Shown here piece after piece: positions 16,901 to 23,800 of a DNA stretch of 60,376 nt (within the stretch, counting starts at the first letter, position 1; every line of letters starts with the position of its first letter). The position numbers and the translations under genes are program-made. The notes below the pieces were generated by a model, which was not told where the DNA came from, searched no databases, and saw only the letters and a list, made by a program, of their open reading frames with translations. The DNA is from a virus (lineage: Duplodnaviria; Caudoviricetes), in IMG/VR virus record IMGVR_UViG_3300047548_000760, positions 1 to 60,376 of that record; one strand, written 5' to 3'.

Positions 16901-17422
16901 ACCGGCTCCACTCAGGCGGCGCTGCCCGTGCCGCCCGGACTGATGCCCGGGGGCCCGCTGGTCATTCTGGGCGAGGTGCTGATGAACAAGAGCGCGTTCA
17001 CCGGCAAGCCGATCGTGCTGGGAACCGACACACCGACCGAAGTGGCCGGCAAGGTGTTCAGCCACCTCTACAAGGGATTCGTGCCGAACCTGCCGGGCTT
17101 GCCCGGCACTTACGCGACCGACGCCCTGGTCAACGCCGGCAGCGGCAAGACGGACGCCTTTGGGCGCCAGCAGTCGGTGGCCCAGGCGGTGGCCTCGTCA
17201 GTCGGGGTCAAGTTGGGCAGCTACCCCGAGGATGTGCTGCGGCGCAACACCATGGCGCGCGCGAGCGCCCAGGAGCGGGAGATCGAGACGGTGATGCGGG
17301 GGCTGCAGCGGCAGCGGCAGATGAATGCGATCAGCCAGGAAGAGTTCGACCGGAAGATCGAAGTGCAGCGGGAAAAGCTGCGCAAGCTGTCGCAGGAAAC
17401 GCGAGAAAAAGTGGCGCAGTAA
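4994..17422 (+). CDS. Giant DarB-like polyvalent virion/ejection protein (about 4,142 aa)
   Basis: N-terminal Gly-zipper TM region; ddrB/ParB-like domain (QNRDRTR..GAP); N6-adenine MTase (YSTP, EPTAGN, ANPPFG); Strawberry-notch-type SF2 helicase (GDQTGIGKGR, FDESHN, SGATGLSLH, QMLGRVHR); zincin-like HEGLGH; LPD38-like C-terminus. Confidence 0.9.
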   Translation: MPLVFPDQAAQAATRPASDAAQAAAQGVTPQAQQPAQPAGRLVFPRELSLRDAGSIAADMGTALWEGAKNTGRMLGATGNTVGGNLSGVDELARSQAAAEAQSPDAKALLMQEIQRRKAANPDAGWLDVIKNVGASFIGQPEGAAQFVAEQTPNTAVSLGAGIAGAKGGAALGSLIMPGVGTAVGGVAGFLGGMFLGNASLEIGGKAMEKSQDQARTGGSLTADDASAAIREGSVKGGVITAVDAATLGAGRGVARLFNKTAIEAGARAEARVLADAGVDVTSRAAIERSLAADPVLRATAQEAGKVAAQSASKIGSRAATGGTLLGMETVGEGAGEYLGELAATGKADKYDAVMEAMAGLSQSVPETAWSMRQSQGNDLSARGIERVGGDLPPAAPAPAPSEPPAPPAPPTPPAAPNNTIIPPADVPPLDPTALPPDLDAQNRDRTRSASVLQMQKIAQNPDYLRAGPSRSPDTGAPMVFAQGDDTSLFPSFTRGREDVAVMSDGQRVPFQYAVVDASLLQPSNFADGTPNPLFNNETPGLVKALSNARSAGLRAAWAQGTASGYAADLEADTKQHGISVEAIRSTSNPVLVRLYSQSSNTPGMAARSQGQGLGMSPGELARQDAPLIDGGLLAVWQGGDVADARNLDFVRGFVGRLQGTGQDLAGMMTQAGTLSPDGRKRIQAALAQSAYGDSDLIAEMFDSTDTDIKAIGEALKLAAPEWADMRDSARSGAIDPAADITPALLDAVAMVRRARQQRQSLSDLARQTDITTGQTPDPMVLGALRLLYGGEYLTRPMGRDRMADFLREYTRLAKGITADAGLFGDAPAPLDVLTALTKETATDGQQQQPGAAAGTTQQPGAGLQQPNGGSNPGGDAGPGGAAAVRPGDNAGGAQPAAGGAGPLANTDTAGQAAAQGVTAPGNQPMVGDAFDPTGWSEQENKINKKTGQPMLGSGRVRFKRADERGFEQSVVVQNGVIVTSNSVSPLVELTNSSLDFDAPVRGRVHVLNSDVQGLVLTFVPEDSSGATATKMSPRAVQQYKDGVPIEKITETEFSDAGGIKPDGSRTPHTTVGALVKGPAPGAPVSAPATTQGASDVRQEGQGRRQEEALTPEAGAPGQQPGAPAAAQTPAPAPAPRTPEAMGDALRRRIQGDVQAKRDGEAAYQSGADRIPPESMTAPSQRRMWLEGYDTAAPASSPAPAPAPTPAGGANTVFTEDAAAAARARLKAKLGRLNSGIDPETMLDGITLAGYHIERGARTFAAYARAMVDDLGDAVKPYLVSWYLAVRNDPRASDFKADMDKAGAVEDADLDALLANKGKAPEAASAVQPSLNTPAGRMALAQVIADRFIGGDGFKTIIEARKFIAEATGEKIEAGTQAAKLADEAIEMAVVMAGREIVQAARAQGRSDSVIYDRLVNLYDLQPTLGVRTSTSVREQAYSTPVPLAFLASRRAQVGPDSTVGEPTAGNTMLLIEVDPERAAVNELNADRAANARALGFTVTSHDAARHQLAPEKSLDRVVANPPFGAVKGDDGQTVVFPVASNYGTREIDHAISFKALDAMKDDGSAVLILGGVDASNEEAIREGYRSKSKREFYFRLYGLYNVVDHFTVDGGLYSKQGAGYPVDVVVIRGRGKATRAMPAAELPKRYDNWEALKKEKLDGSTEATATGVVPTGPATGTGRSDGAQGQQPGAGGLVDGAGRQGAGTGGQGAGPGRGGDVGGTVAGTPGAEGQPGRRGGAGAAQPGTADGPDAGRDGAAQAPVSGQGPRGVRGNAPGDGGNRPGDVGGTGGSQGERVESGLSDRRGLEQETETQVEYAPQSGAASVGTLVPRAMRESIAASLKRVADSVGNIDEFVAEKLNFDPETLRANFSAEQVDALALAIMSAEAGKGFIIGDQTGIGKGRVVAAMLRYAMINERIPVFVTEKPNLYADMIRDLDDIGMGDELRLQSNKPLILATNSSEPIPYVLQRKSGDTIVETEHTLRAPGAGADLEKFFDQIAGSRDIGPYKVVFTTYSQLQTVKGKVTARMRMVQSLAQGGYMVFDESHNAGGTQITQPRTKKDRDAAKAGETTTGRSGFVRSLVRVSSGSFFSSATYAKRPDVMDLYSSTNMLLAVDRPADLAPAIMQGGVPMQQIVATMLAEDGQYIRRERTFAGVTYETRPMTVDRQTAENMAQSMRMILAFSRGKEAAVKAMQKEFDREGAMVGVSGGEKTSVQGANFGAIMHNLIDQMLLSLKAKESVDFAIERLKAGEKVVLTVANTMGSFLSDYAEEFGIRPGEPVTLSFADLYQRYLEKQRVVKIKRPGGPKSGVPYRLTDSDLGSGLVAQYNDVARFIQEAGFGSAPISPIDYMHQRLREAGYKTDEITGRSVTVSYAGKAPVLASRNANIKQRLTAIRGFNSGAIDVIILNQSGATGLSLHASAKVKDQRKRRMIIVQAEKNIDTHMQMLGRVHRTGQVITPDYTQAMADIPAEARPASVLLKKMASLNANTTASRKSAVTAEGVVDFMNDYGGQVAAEFLLDNPEIHMDLGGQKVLEIPAEATEADEDLIRKLTGYIPILPIEQQEAVYRDLVDRYNDLLARENAMGTNKLEAAALDLGAKTEKREQITTKRDSPVPSRFAEPAFMEQVDVARTVKPLTKAEVQEAVSQSLGGKTPQMVANELNSSLAQRMEPFLVDLQKRRMQQGADTDGEKRAQLAQEVERHRMQQSIISDLLFRFQIGQEVSLLDQHQSVTYGVITSVSAAGKTKSPAAASGWKFTIALANGEARSITLSASQIGKQFTLRAERGPVITLNPSTNEPASMRIPDLFDAYGGSGNVRREKRWMVTGNLLAGFASYPGQILTYTKDDGSTGQGVLMRRGFDFEKRRGEAKASFPSATVIRLFFTEAGRNATIGTPDGVLRVKWYGGNYPAEFEVASSKREGGRFYLDRGLTDALGRDFTKVGQVMRAAVTEDDMMRALVYLMTERDDVKLEAQTNKDVARRLLGLPDVTESQGKRTGDRPAFSRTDAATKGMTVAGVQRVSGGAMAAWANKPRLVVARNIQEPSVPQALRDEDARQRKGGATGDVRGTFYEGVIYLFSDHLGSDKDVIETLFHEGLGHYGLRGVFGDALNAVLDMINLARPDLMRPKAAEYGADLRKPAQRRKVAEEVLASMAQSEPSLGFVRRAVAAVRTWLRTNVPGFEKLRLTDDEIIRSFILPARQFVMQGQAQAVASAAGAQAAFARASQGGPRQTPEQRAETILATPVTQARPLDRVFRTVSRMTGLEAVTNRIYGRAAYLLDRFTPETVKAGIVSDYGVPEAVIDMRVMLQGRQRQQLRRSGELVDKLASLTREESRIAYEWMNMDGSDPRAYLSMMQGLPEESVRVLQDVQRMIDDLSKEAVRLGQLDPRSYERFKFAYLRRTYERYLEELTPQQRASQQRATRILGDQYRMRGLVEPVEMAKIKSGDPEWWGRKEREGKGDTGLVNQKFIKLERLKPTGAGTIPLPGMTGRPDGKVLEVVYWPADRAVPAKYSEWRQNEVFEVRDVKGGKVILWRDFTKDEREAMGEVDEARFAIARTLQRMVHDVEVGRYLEGLSQKYAKADGDEIDGTLVEASEHWHRAFKPGDWVKVPETKITGTSVAKYGKLAGKYLPGPIWNDVRFAVNGPFQPFGEVYGKVLSAWKVAKTALTPAVHMNNVMANLVMADWHEVGAAHVGKALRIILAANQRDGKGALGSLGNVAASGGIADREAALQIMNRYRDAGGDIGSWATQEIAREQMAPLLDAVLEELGRNGDASVQGQIGVMAALQHLLHLKLPEAWSAFKASKPATVAGREAQSMIDLYQAEDDVFRLAAWLAAKERGLDDLRAGREARKSFLDYDINAPWIDAMRRSAWPFISFTYRAVPMLFEIAGKRPHKLMKLAVLVGALNMLGVAMSGDDEDEDERRRRMLPEEKAGKVWGIVPKLIRMPWDDKNGSPVYLDIRRFVPVGDIVDTGSTQAALPVPPGLMPGGPLVILGEVLMNKSAFTGKPIVLGTDTPTEVAGKVFSHLYKGFVPNLPGLPGTYATDALVNAGSGKTDAFGRQQSVAQAVASSVGVKLGSYPEDVLRRNTMARASAQEREIETVMRGLQRQRQMNAISQEEFDRKIEVQREKLRKLSQETREKVAQ
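7524..7748 (+). CDS. Nested +1-frame gene, 74 aa
   Basis: AAGGAG at 7508-7513; GC-rich third positions switch to this frame across a Gly/Gln/Ala linker of the host gene. Confidence 0.6.
   Translation: MDSSNNPAQQPAQPSSPARASSNPMAAAILGAMLVREGQRQYDPATTQAGHNLLRVAQDHWPTPIPQDKRLPKG
8280..8324 (+). CDS. Nested +1-frame basic micropeptide MYDKKGKGGGKKKR
   Basis: AAGGAG at 8268-8273; all codons are preferred ones (TAC GAC AAG GGC CGC) while the host frame uses GTA/CGA/CAA/GAA. Confidence 0.55.
   Translation: MYDKKGKGGGKKKR
9969..10391 (+). CDS. Nested +1-frame gene, 140 aa, globular and acidic
   Basis: AAGGAG at 9956-9961; strong GC3 bias in this frame; host frame is Gly-rich with GGA/GGT/ACT codons. 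Confidence 0.75.
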   Translation: MDQPKQPQLAWCPPGLPPELAAVMVPKDSSLEPGDWWMALADRVQELVDKEPDPDEAATWAARSLGRPGLRDSQDAGEVLVQRNLELRTALTLDVTAQPKHPFPAKALVESAATRRAMEETDLETWVELAAARVSASSLD

Positions 17423-17498
17423 GTGGGGGTTTGCGGACCGGACCCGCTTTTGCGGACCGGTCCACCCCTCACGACTCCTTGCGGAGCCGCATGTTTAC

Positions 17499-17545
17499 TG
17501 GCTCCCCGACCTGGGCTCGAACCAGGGACCTACGGATTAACAGTC
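17499..17545 (-). tRNA. 3' half of tRNA-Asn(GTT), the att core; not a full tRNA
   Basis: Reverse complement reads GACTGTTAATCCGTAGGTCCCTGGTTCGAGCCCAGGTCGGGGAGCCA (anticodon loop, T-arm, CCA); 5' half absent. Confidence 0.9.
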
Positions 17546-17599
17546 CTCGGTGGTTAGCCATATAAATCAAGCACTTAGCTCAAAATCCGGTCCGCAACC

Positions 17600-17613
17600 A
17601 TCCGTAAACGGAT
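17600..17613. promoter_or_regulatory. Operator-like palindrome ATCCGTAAACGGAT inside attP
   Basis: Identical to 56514-56527. Confidence 0.65.
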
Positions 17614-17644
17614 ACTCTAAGCCTTTGATTTCAAAAGATCTCGG

Positions 17645-18733
17645 TCACTGTTGCGGACCGGCTTTCCGGGCCGTTGGAGTGACCCTGTCGCCCAGGCGCA
17701 CGTAGTGCTCGGTCATGCGTATGTTCTTGTGGCCAAGCTGGCGCTGTGCGGCCTGTAGCCCGTCGGCGTCGGCCTTGTCGGTGCCGGCCTTGGCGCGCAG
17801 GTCGCGGAACTGGAAGGCTTCGATGGCGGTGGCCATCTCCTCATCGCCGGCCTTCCTGGCGATCTTGGCCGCCTTCTCTCTGGCGTCATCGAAGGCGTTG
17901 TCCAGGCCGTAGGCGGTCAGCCTAGAACCCTGCCGATTCACCACCAGGGCGAGGTCGAGCACGCGGTTTTGGCGCTTGCGCTCGGCGATCTCGGCCAGCT
18001 TCATGCCGAGGTCGTTGGGCCCGGTTGAACCTTCGAGCTCGATGCGCAGTTTCTTGGCGGTTTTGCCCTGACCGACTCGCAGGACGCCGTCGCGCACGTG
18101 GGTGGCGGACATCTTCAGCACGTCAGCCGGTCGCTGGCCGGTCAGGTAGGCGAGGTCGATCGCGTCCTTCAGCGGCTGACTGGCAGCGGCGTAGACGGCC
18201 TGCAGCACCTCGTCCTCGACGTAGATGTCCCGGCCCGTCTCCTTGAAGCCCTTGATGCCCGCGCAGGGGTTGGGCAAGGCGGTGACGCCCCAATCACGGG
18301 CCATGTTCCAGACGTGCGACAGCAAGGCCTTCTCGCGGTTGGCGCGGACCTTGGCCGTCTCGCCCCGCCACGTCAGGTACTGGCGCACGTGCTGCGGCTC
18401 GATGGCCTCGAAGGCGATGGGCGGGTCGTTGAAGAACTCCAGGAGCTTGGCCATCTCCTTGATGTTGTCGGACTGCGTGCGCGGGGCCTTGGTGGGAACC
18501 ACCCGCTGCAGGTACAGATCAGCCACGTCCTTGAAGGTGGTGACCGGCGCTGCCGAATCGTCCTTGGTCAGTTCGGCCCACTTCTTGATGGCAATCACGT
18601 AGTCGGGCCCGAGTGGGATCTCGCGGCGCGGCTTGCCCCCGGTGTCGAGGTAGTAGTACGTCTTCCCGCTCGGCTTGGTGCGCGCCCGCATGCCATCAGG
18701 CAAGTTTAAGTTCTTCGTGCGGCGGCGTCCCAT
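17645..18733 (-). CDS. int: Tyrosine integrase
   Basis: LTGQRPADV, FRDLRAK, LGH, TEHY catalytic pattern; MGRRRTKNLNLP arm-binding N-terminus. Confidence 0.95.
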   Translation of the reverse strand: MGRRRTKNLNLPDGMRARTKPSGKTYYYLDTGGKPRREIPLGPDYVIAIKKWAELTKDDSAAPVTTFKDVADLYLQRVVPTKAPRTQSDNIKEMAKLLEFFNDPPIAFEAIEPQHVRQYLTWRGETAKVRANREKALLSHVWNMARDWGVTALPNPCAGIKGFKETGRDIYVEDEVLQAVYAAASQPLKDAIDLAYLTGQRPADVLKMSATHVRDGVLRVGQGKTAKKLRIELEGSTGPNDLGMKLAEIAERKRQNRVLDLALVVNRQGSRLTAYGLDNAFDDAREKAAKIARKAGDEEMATAIEAFQFRDLRAKAGTDKADADGLQAAQRQLGHKNIRMTEHYVRLGDRVTPTARKAGPQQ

Positions 18734-18836
18734 GGCGTGCTTTGTAGCAAAAGTAGGCGCCAACCATACCCGGCGCGCGCAAGGCGCGTCGATGGGACGA
18801 TGATGGGATTAGGCTGGCTGCTGCCGGCCTGGGGGG

Positions 18837-19247
18837 TCAAGCAGCTGGCGCTTCAGTTGGCACGGGCGGGATGTACCCTGGCACAGTCTCAGGGCCGCCG
18901 CCCATCACAGGCGCTGGAGGGAGTTGCGGCGGCTCCCAGGCCTTGACCGTGAACTGAGGCACCTCGCCCGGGTCGTCGTCAGCCACGCCTTGGTACAGGG
19001 GCCCACTGTCGTAGTCGGCCAGCAGCTTGTAGAAGGTCGCCCGCGGGTCCTCCACCATGCGCCAGAACGGCACCACCATGCGCTCGATGGACAGAGGCTG
19101 GCCGGCGTTTTGTCGCGCCTCAGCGTTGGGGTAGGTCGCCACGCACAGCACCACTTCTTGCATGTTGGAGTGGATCTCGATGCGGTCGATGCGGTGGTAC
19201 TCGGCGTTGATGCCGAACTGAGTCGGGCGGTCTTTGATGATGGCCAT
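18837..19247 (-). CDS. Hypothetical tail-region protein
   Basis: AAAGGA RBS; MAIIKDRPTQFGINAEYHRI. Confidence 0.7.
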   Translation of the reverse strand: MAIIKDRPTQFGINAEYHRIDRIEIHSNMQEVVLCVATYPNAEARQNAGQPLSIERMVVPFWRMVEDPRATFYKLLADYDSGPLYQGVADDDPGEVPQFTVKAWEPPQLPPAPVMGGGPETVPGYIPPVPTEAPAA

Positions 19248-19257
19248 GATGGTCCTT

Positions 19258-19998
19258 TCAGTTGGTGCGGATGAGGCGAATAAAGGCAGCACCTGGGTCC
19301 AGGTGCCACCAGCGGGTACGGAAGTCGGCTCGCCCAGGGTGGTCGTGGTGCGTCTTGTGCAGCCATTCCCCGCAGGCAGGAAAGATGAACTCAAGCCAAG
19401 GCAGGTCTCTCGGTCCGCCGCCCCGGTGGCTTGTGATCTGGTGAATGGCGCCGATCAGGTGGGTACTGCCCAGCGGCATCAGGTAGGCAAAAAGGAACAA
19501 GGTCGGCGACACAAGCAACAGCGCCGCGCACGAAGCGCCCCAGAGCGGCAGTCCGTAGCGGTGAACAAACGCCAAGGTTGGGTCCTTGGCCAGCGCACGC
19601 AGACGCCAACGCACCATCGGCACGTCTCGATACCGCTTGTTGTACAGGTAACGCCAGTTGGCGAAGTGCGGATCGCGCTCGGTGTCTGAATGAGCGTGAT
19701 GAGTGTTGTGCGCGGCCGCCCACCCCTGCGGACTGCCGTTGAGCAGCAGCACGCTGTAGTACGCCATGAAGCGGTGCCAGAAGGCCGAGGTCTCGAAGGC
19801 GCCGTGGGAGAAGTATCTGTGCAGCCCGACTGAAAGCATCAGCGAGCCCAGGACGTGAAACACCCCCCAAGCGGCAAGCCACCACGCCGAGACCGCGCCG
19901 GTTGTCACCAGCCACAGTCCAATGACGACGCCGGCCATCCCGAGGTAGTAGCCCATCGGGATCATCCACAGGGGTTGTCTAAGCACGGTCACCTCCAA
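19258..19998 (-). CDS. Membrane fatty-acid desaturase (delta-9-like)
   Basis: Three His boxes HRYFSH, HNTHH, HKTHH; SDTERDPH; TM helices; start uncertain. Confidence 0.9.
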   Translation of the reverse strand: MEVTVLRQPLWMIPMGYYLGMAGVVIGLWLVTTGAVSAWWLAAWGVFHVLGSLMLSVGLHRYFSHGAFETSAFWHRFMAYYSVLLLNGSPQGWAAAHNTHHAHSDTERDPHFANWRYLYNKRYRDVPMVRWRLRALAKDPTLAFVHRYGLPLWGASCAALLLVSPTLFLFAYLMPLGSTHLIGAIHQITSHRGGGPRDLPWLEFIFPACGEWLHKTHHDHPGRADFRTRWWHLDPGAAFIRLIRTN

Positions 19999-20506
19999 TC
20001 ACAAGCGCGTATGTCCCAGGCGCGGCTACCAACTCGTCGCCACCCACTCGAAACGTGTCACCCGGCTCATGACGCCCCAAACTGCCCGAGCACACCAGGA
20101 TGCGGTCGCCCTCTTGCCCAAGGAACACACCACCCACCGGGTATCTCAGCGGCGTGAGGTCAGGCAGTGCGCCGCGGTTGGCATGCCAGTTGAAGCACCA
20201 GAACTCCAGCTCCTCGACGGCTGTGATTTTGGTTGTGCCTTCGGGGTGATCGGGGCGCTCGGCGGTGAACAGGCCGGGCACACGGTCGTCGTATTGGCCC
20301 CCGAAATTGTTGGTCACAGCGCCGCGTCCGCGCACGTACAGAGCCCGATTGGGCGCCTCGCTGCGCTCGATGGAGCGCGAAGACACAACGACCAAGGCAC
20401 CACCTGCGGGCAGGATGTGGCGGTGGACTTTCCAGCCAAAGACTTCGTGCGCCGTCACGCTTGCCGCCGTTTCCTGGCCTCTCCAATCTCGTCTTGAGGC
20501 GCTCAC
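19979..20506 (-). CDS. Hypothetical beta-rich protein
   Basis: GGAG RBS; fills the gap between the tail-assembly-like gene and the desaturase. Confidence 0.65.
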   Translation of the reverse strand: MSASRRDWRGQETAASVTAHEVFGWKVHRHILPAGGALVVVSSRSIERSEAPNRALYVRGRGAVTNNFGGQYDDRVPGLFTAERPDHPEGTTKITAVEELEFWCFNWHANRGALPDLTPLRYPVGGVFLGQEGDRILVCSGSLGRHEPGDTFRVGGDELVAAPGTYALVIGGDRA

Positions 20507-20509
20507 CTG

Positions 20510-20899
20510 TCACTCCGCAGGGTAGATGATCACGGAGCCCGGCGCCACCGAGTTGTCCTTCGGGTAGGCGTCTTTGACCGCTTTCAGGCGGCTGTAGAAG
20601 GGCTCGACACGGGGCATATGGAAACCATCCATGGCGTGCCAGAGCATGTCCATTTGCTCTCGGACGCTTGGGTATACGTCGGCGCGCGCCTTGCGGTAGT
20701 CCATGTCGACGGGCGGCGGCGGCCTGCCGCCAGCTATGACCTGACCTGTTGCAGGGTCCACGGCGTCAGCCTCGACGTCGGCCTGAGCCTCGACTACGAA
20801 CTCGCTCGGTCCTGCGGCCTGAAATTCAAGGACGTCATCCGTGCAGACGCCAGCCCGCAGGATCTCACCGGCAGCGTTGTAGACAACAAAATGCTTCAT
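20510..20899 (-). CDS. Tail-fibre assembly-like protein
   Basis: ATGA-coupled to the fibre gene; DYRKARADVYPSVREQMDMLWH...VKDAYPK motif. Confidence 0.7.
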   Translation of the reverse strand: MKHFVVYNAAGEILRAGVCTDDVLEFQAAGPSEFVVEAQADVEADAVDPATGQVIAGGRPPPPVDMDYRKARADVYPSVREQMDMLWHAMDGFHMPRVEPFYSRLKAVKDAYPKDNSVAPGSVIIYPAE

Positions 20900-23800
20900 C
20901 GCTTCATGACCAGTACGCTTAAGCGCATGGTTCCCGTGTAGTAGCTTCTCGTCACGGTGATCGTGTGGTTTCCGGCGCTTGGCGCCACAACAATCACGCC
21001 GGTCGGGGTTCCGTTATCGGTAAGTCCTGTAACGATGGGGCCATATACATCAGCAGTACCCCCGCCGAACTTGCCGCCAGAGCTTCCGGCAGTAAAAGTT
21101 GGTGGGCCCAGGTAATACTGAATGAACAGCGCGGACGCTGATGCGGGAACACTAACTGTCACACTTACCGTGTCGGTGGTGGAGGTTGCAACGGAACTAG
21201 ACGACGCCGCATTACCGACGATCTGGTCAGTGTTGACGATGGCAGCGGAAAGCGATCCACTAAAGGACGCCGAGCCGTTGACGATACTGAAGCCCGGCGC
21301 GTAGACGTTTCCGGTGTTGTCGACCTGGAAGTAGCGGTTGTTGTTGGCGTTGCCCAGCAGTAGGCCGTTCGGTCCCAGGTGGAAGCCGTAGTTGTTGACC
21401 GCCGGCCACGCATACCCCGTGAACGCGCCTCCGTTGATCGAGCCCCTGATGTTGAGGGCGCCCCCAGCGGAGTCGAACTCCATGGACTGGCTGCCGCCGC
21501 TGTTGACGCGGAAGAACGAAACCCCGTCGTTGCGCTTGAGGAAGATGTCGTTGAAGTTGCTACCAGACAAGGACAGGCCGTAGTGGCCCGAGCTTGGGCC
21601 GACGTCGTGGCCGAGCTGCACGCCACCAGCGGTGATCTTGAGATTGGCCCCGTCAATCTTTGTGGCCGTGATCGAGCCCGCGCCGATGCGGTCCGCACTG
21701 ATCGTGCCGGCCGTGATCTTGCTGGCGTTGAGGTCGTTGATCTTGGCGTTGGTGATCTGGGCATCACCGATCTTGGCTGTCGTGATCGCGGCGTCAGCGA
21801 TCTTGGCGCTGTCGATGGCCGCGTTGCCGATCATCGCGTTGACGATGGCCCCGTTCTGGATGGCCGCAGTACCCACCGCGATGGCGTTGGCCGCGATCTT
21901 GTTGGCCGTGATGGCGCCGTCGACGATCAGGTCGGCAGAGGCCACCTCTTGGCAGCGAATGGCTTGGGCGGCTTGTCGCGCAGTTCCTGAGCCACTGGAG
22001 TACCGGAACCAGACCATGATCGCCGCTTCTTTGGCGCTTGCGGGAATCGGCCTCGCAGTGCCAGCGCCGAACTGCCCGCCGTAGCGCGCCCAGTCGCCGG
22101 GGGTAGGCAGGCCACCATATGTGTACCCGGCGTATGTGCCGCCCCATCCTGTGCTGGCCCCCGTCAACTCCGTTCCATTCCCATCCCACATGCGAACGGT
22201 CACGTACATATTGCGGTTGTTGCCCGCATCCACAAAGAGCTGCGCAGTGGCGCTGTATGTGCGAGAAGAGTTGATTGGGAACCGCCGGCTGTTGACCTGC
22301 ACATCAGTGCTGGAGCCGGCTGGTAAGTCAAAGAAGTACCGACCTTCAGCGGAGCCCGCAGCGCTGGACCCCTGCACTACGGTTCCGCCCGTGATGGTCC
22401 ACGCGCTCAGGTCCATGCAGGCGGGGTCGTCGTTGAGCGCGGTTCCCTGGCCCGTTACCAGCAACTTGTCAGTGGTGATAGCGCCCGCAGAAATCTGGGC
22501 CGCGCTCACGGCCCCCGCCGCGATCTTGCCCGCGGTGACGGCGTTGGCCGACAGCTCGTTGGCGGTTACCGCGCCCGCAGCGAGCTTGGCAGTCGTGACA
22601 GCGCCAGCGTCAATCTTTGCCGCTGTGACCGCATTGGCTGCGATTTTGGAAGCCAGGATGGAGCCATCAACGATGAGGTTGGCGTCTGCCTTCAGCATCA
22701 GGCGAATGCCTGTTGCCAACTGCGTGCCTGTCCCCGAGAAGTTCGACAGCAGGCCGACCCTGATATACCTTGCGCCGGCCGGGATGGTGGCGCTCTCGTT
22801 AGGCCCGAAACTGATACGGTATTCAGTCCAAGCGGCCGGCAGGGTGCCGTTGACAAGGCCGAAATAGTGGTACGTCCCTTGGCTGGGCCATCCGCTGGCG
22901 CCGCCGCTGATGATGCCGTCGTTCGCGTCGTAAAACGCGACCGTCAGGTAAGTAGTGCTGGAGCCAGTCTCCTGGCGGGTCCAAATGCGGTACTCGTAGT
23001 TTCTGGACGCATCAAGGGGCACACGCTCCGACACGAACGTCATGCCTGCGGTTGCGCAGCGTAGAACGGTGGCGCCAACTGGGCTTGTCGCGTCAGCAAT
23101 GATTGAAAGCCCGGTGCCGATCCAGGCAGTCACATCTTGCGTGTTGGGGTCAGCGTTGAGAGCCATGCCCCGGCCCGTGACCAGGAGCTTCTCAGTCGTG
23201 ATCGCGCCCGCCGCGATCTCGCTCGCGCTGATGGCTCCCGCCGCGATCTGGGCCGCAGTGATGGTGTCGGCAGCGATGTTGCTGGCCGAGATGGTGTTTG
23301 CCGCGATCTTCTCGCCCGTGATGGTGGCGGCGGCGATCTCCGTGGCGGTGATGGTCCCTGCCGCGATCTTGGCAGCCGTAACCGCATTGGCAGCCAGCTT
23401 GTTGGTTGCTATGGCGCCGTCAACGATGAGATCGGCGGTGGCGGCCTGATCCAAGATGACGGCGGAAGCGCTCACGCTCCCACTAAAGGTGTTGTTCGCC
23501 TCGTTGTAGATGAGGAAGCGCACCGAGACGGCATTGGCGGGAACTTGTCCCTGCGCAGTCAGATCCTGCGTACCGGAGCCCGCGGTAGACGTGAGCGTAA
23601 TGTCGGCAAGATCTGCGTTGAGCCGGTTGTAGAAACGGGCGGCAACATAGAACGACTGGTTGCTGTTGTTGCGCATCCGGGCGCGCAGCCGCACCCAGGT
23701 GCCAATGGAGGGGACTGCAACTGACCCGCTCCAGATGTGCTTGCGCAACGCGCCCGGGTTGTTTGTGGGGTGTCCACTCCAGAGCGAGGCGTGCTTGCCA

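Larger units (their letters stand above)
17430..17661. other. attP: attP region: arm-type repeats TTGCGGACCGG (17431, 17450, inverted 17587, 17651) and IHF-consensus sites (17565-17577, 17618-17630)
   Basis: Four 11-bp repeats flank the tRNA-derived core; two matches to WATCAANNNNTTR; adjacent to the 3' end of the integrase. Confidence 0.8.

Noticed and set aside
17499-17545. Complete tRNA gene
   Set aside because: No D-arm or 5' acceptor strand; it is the att core
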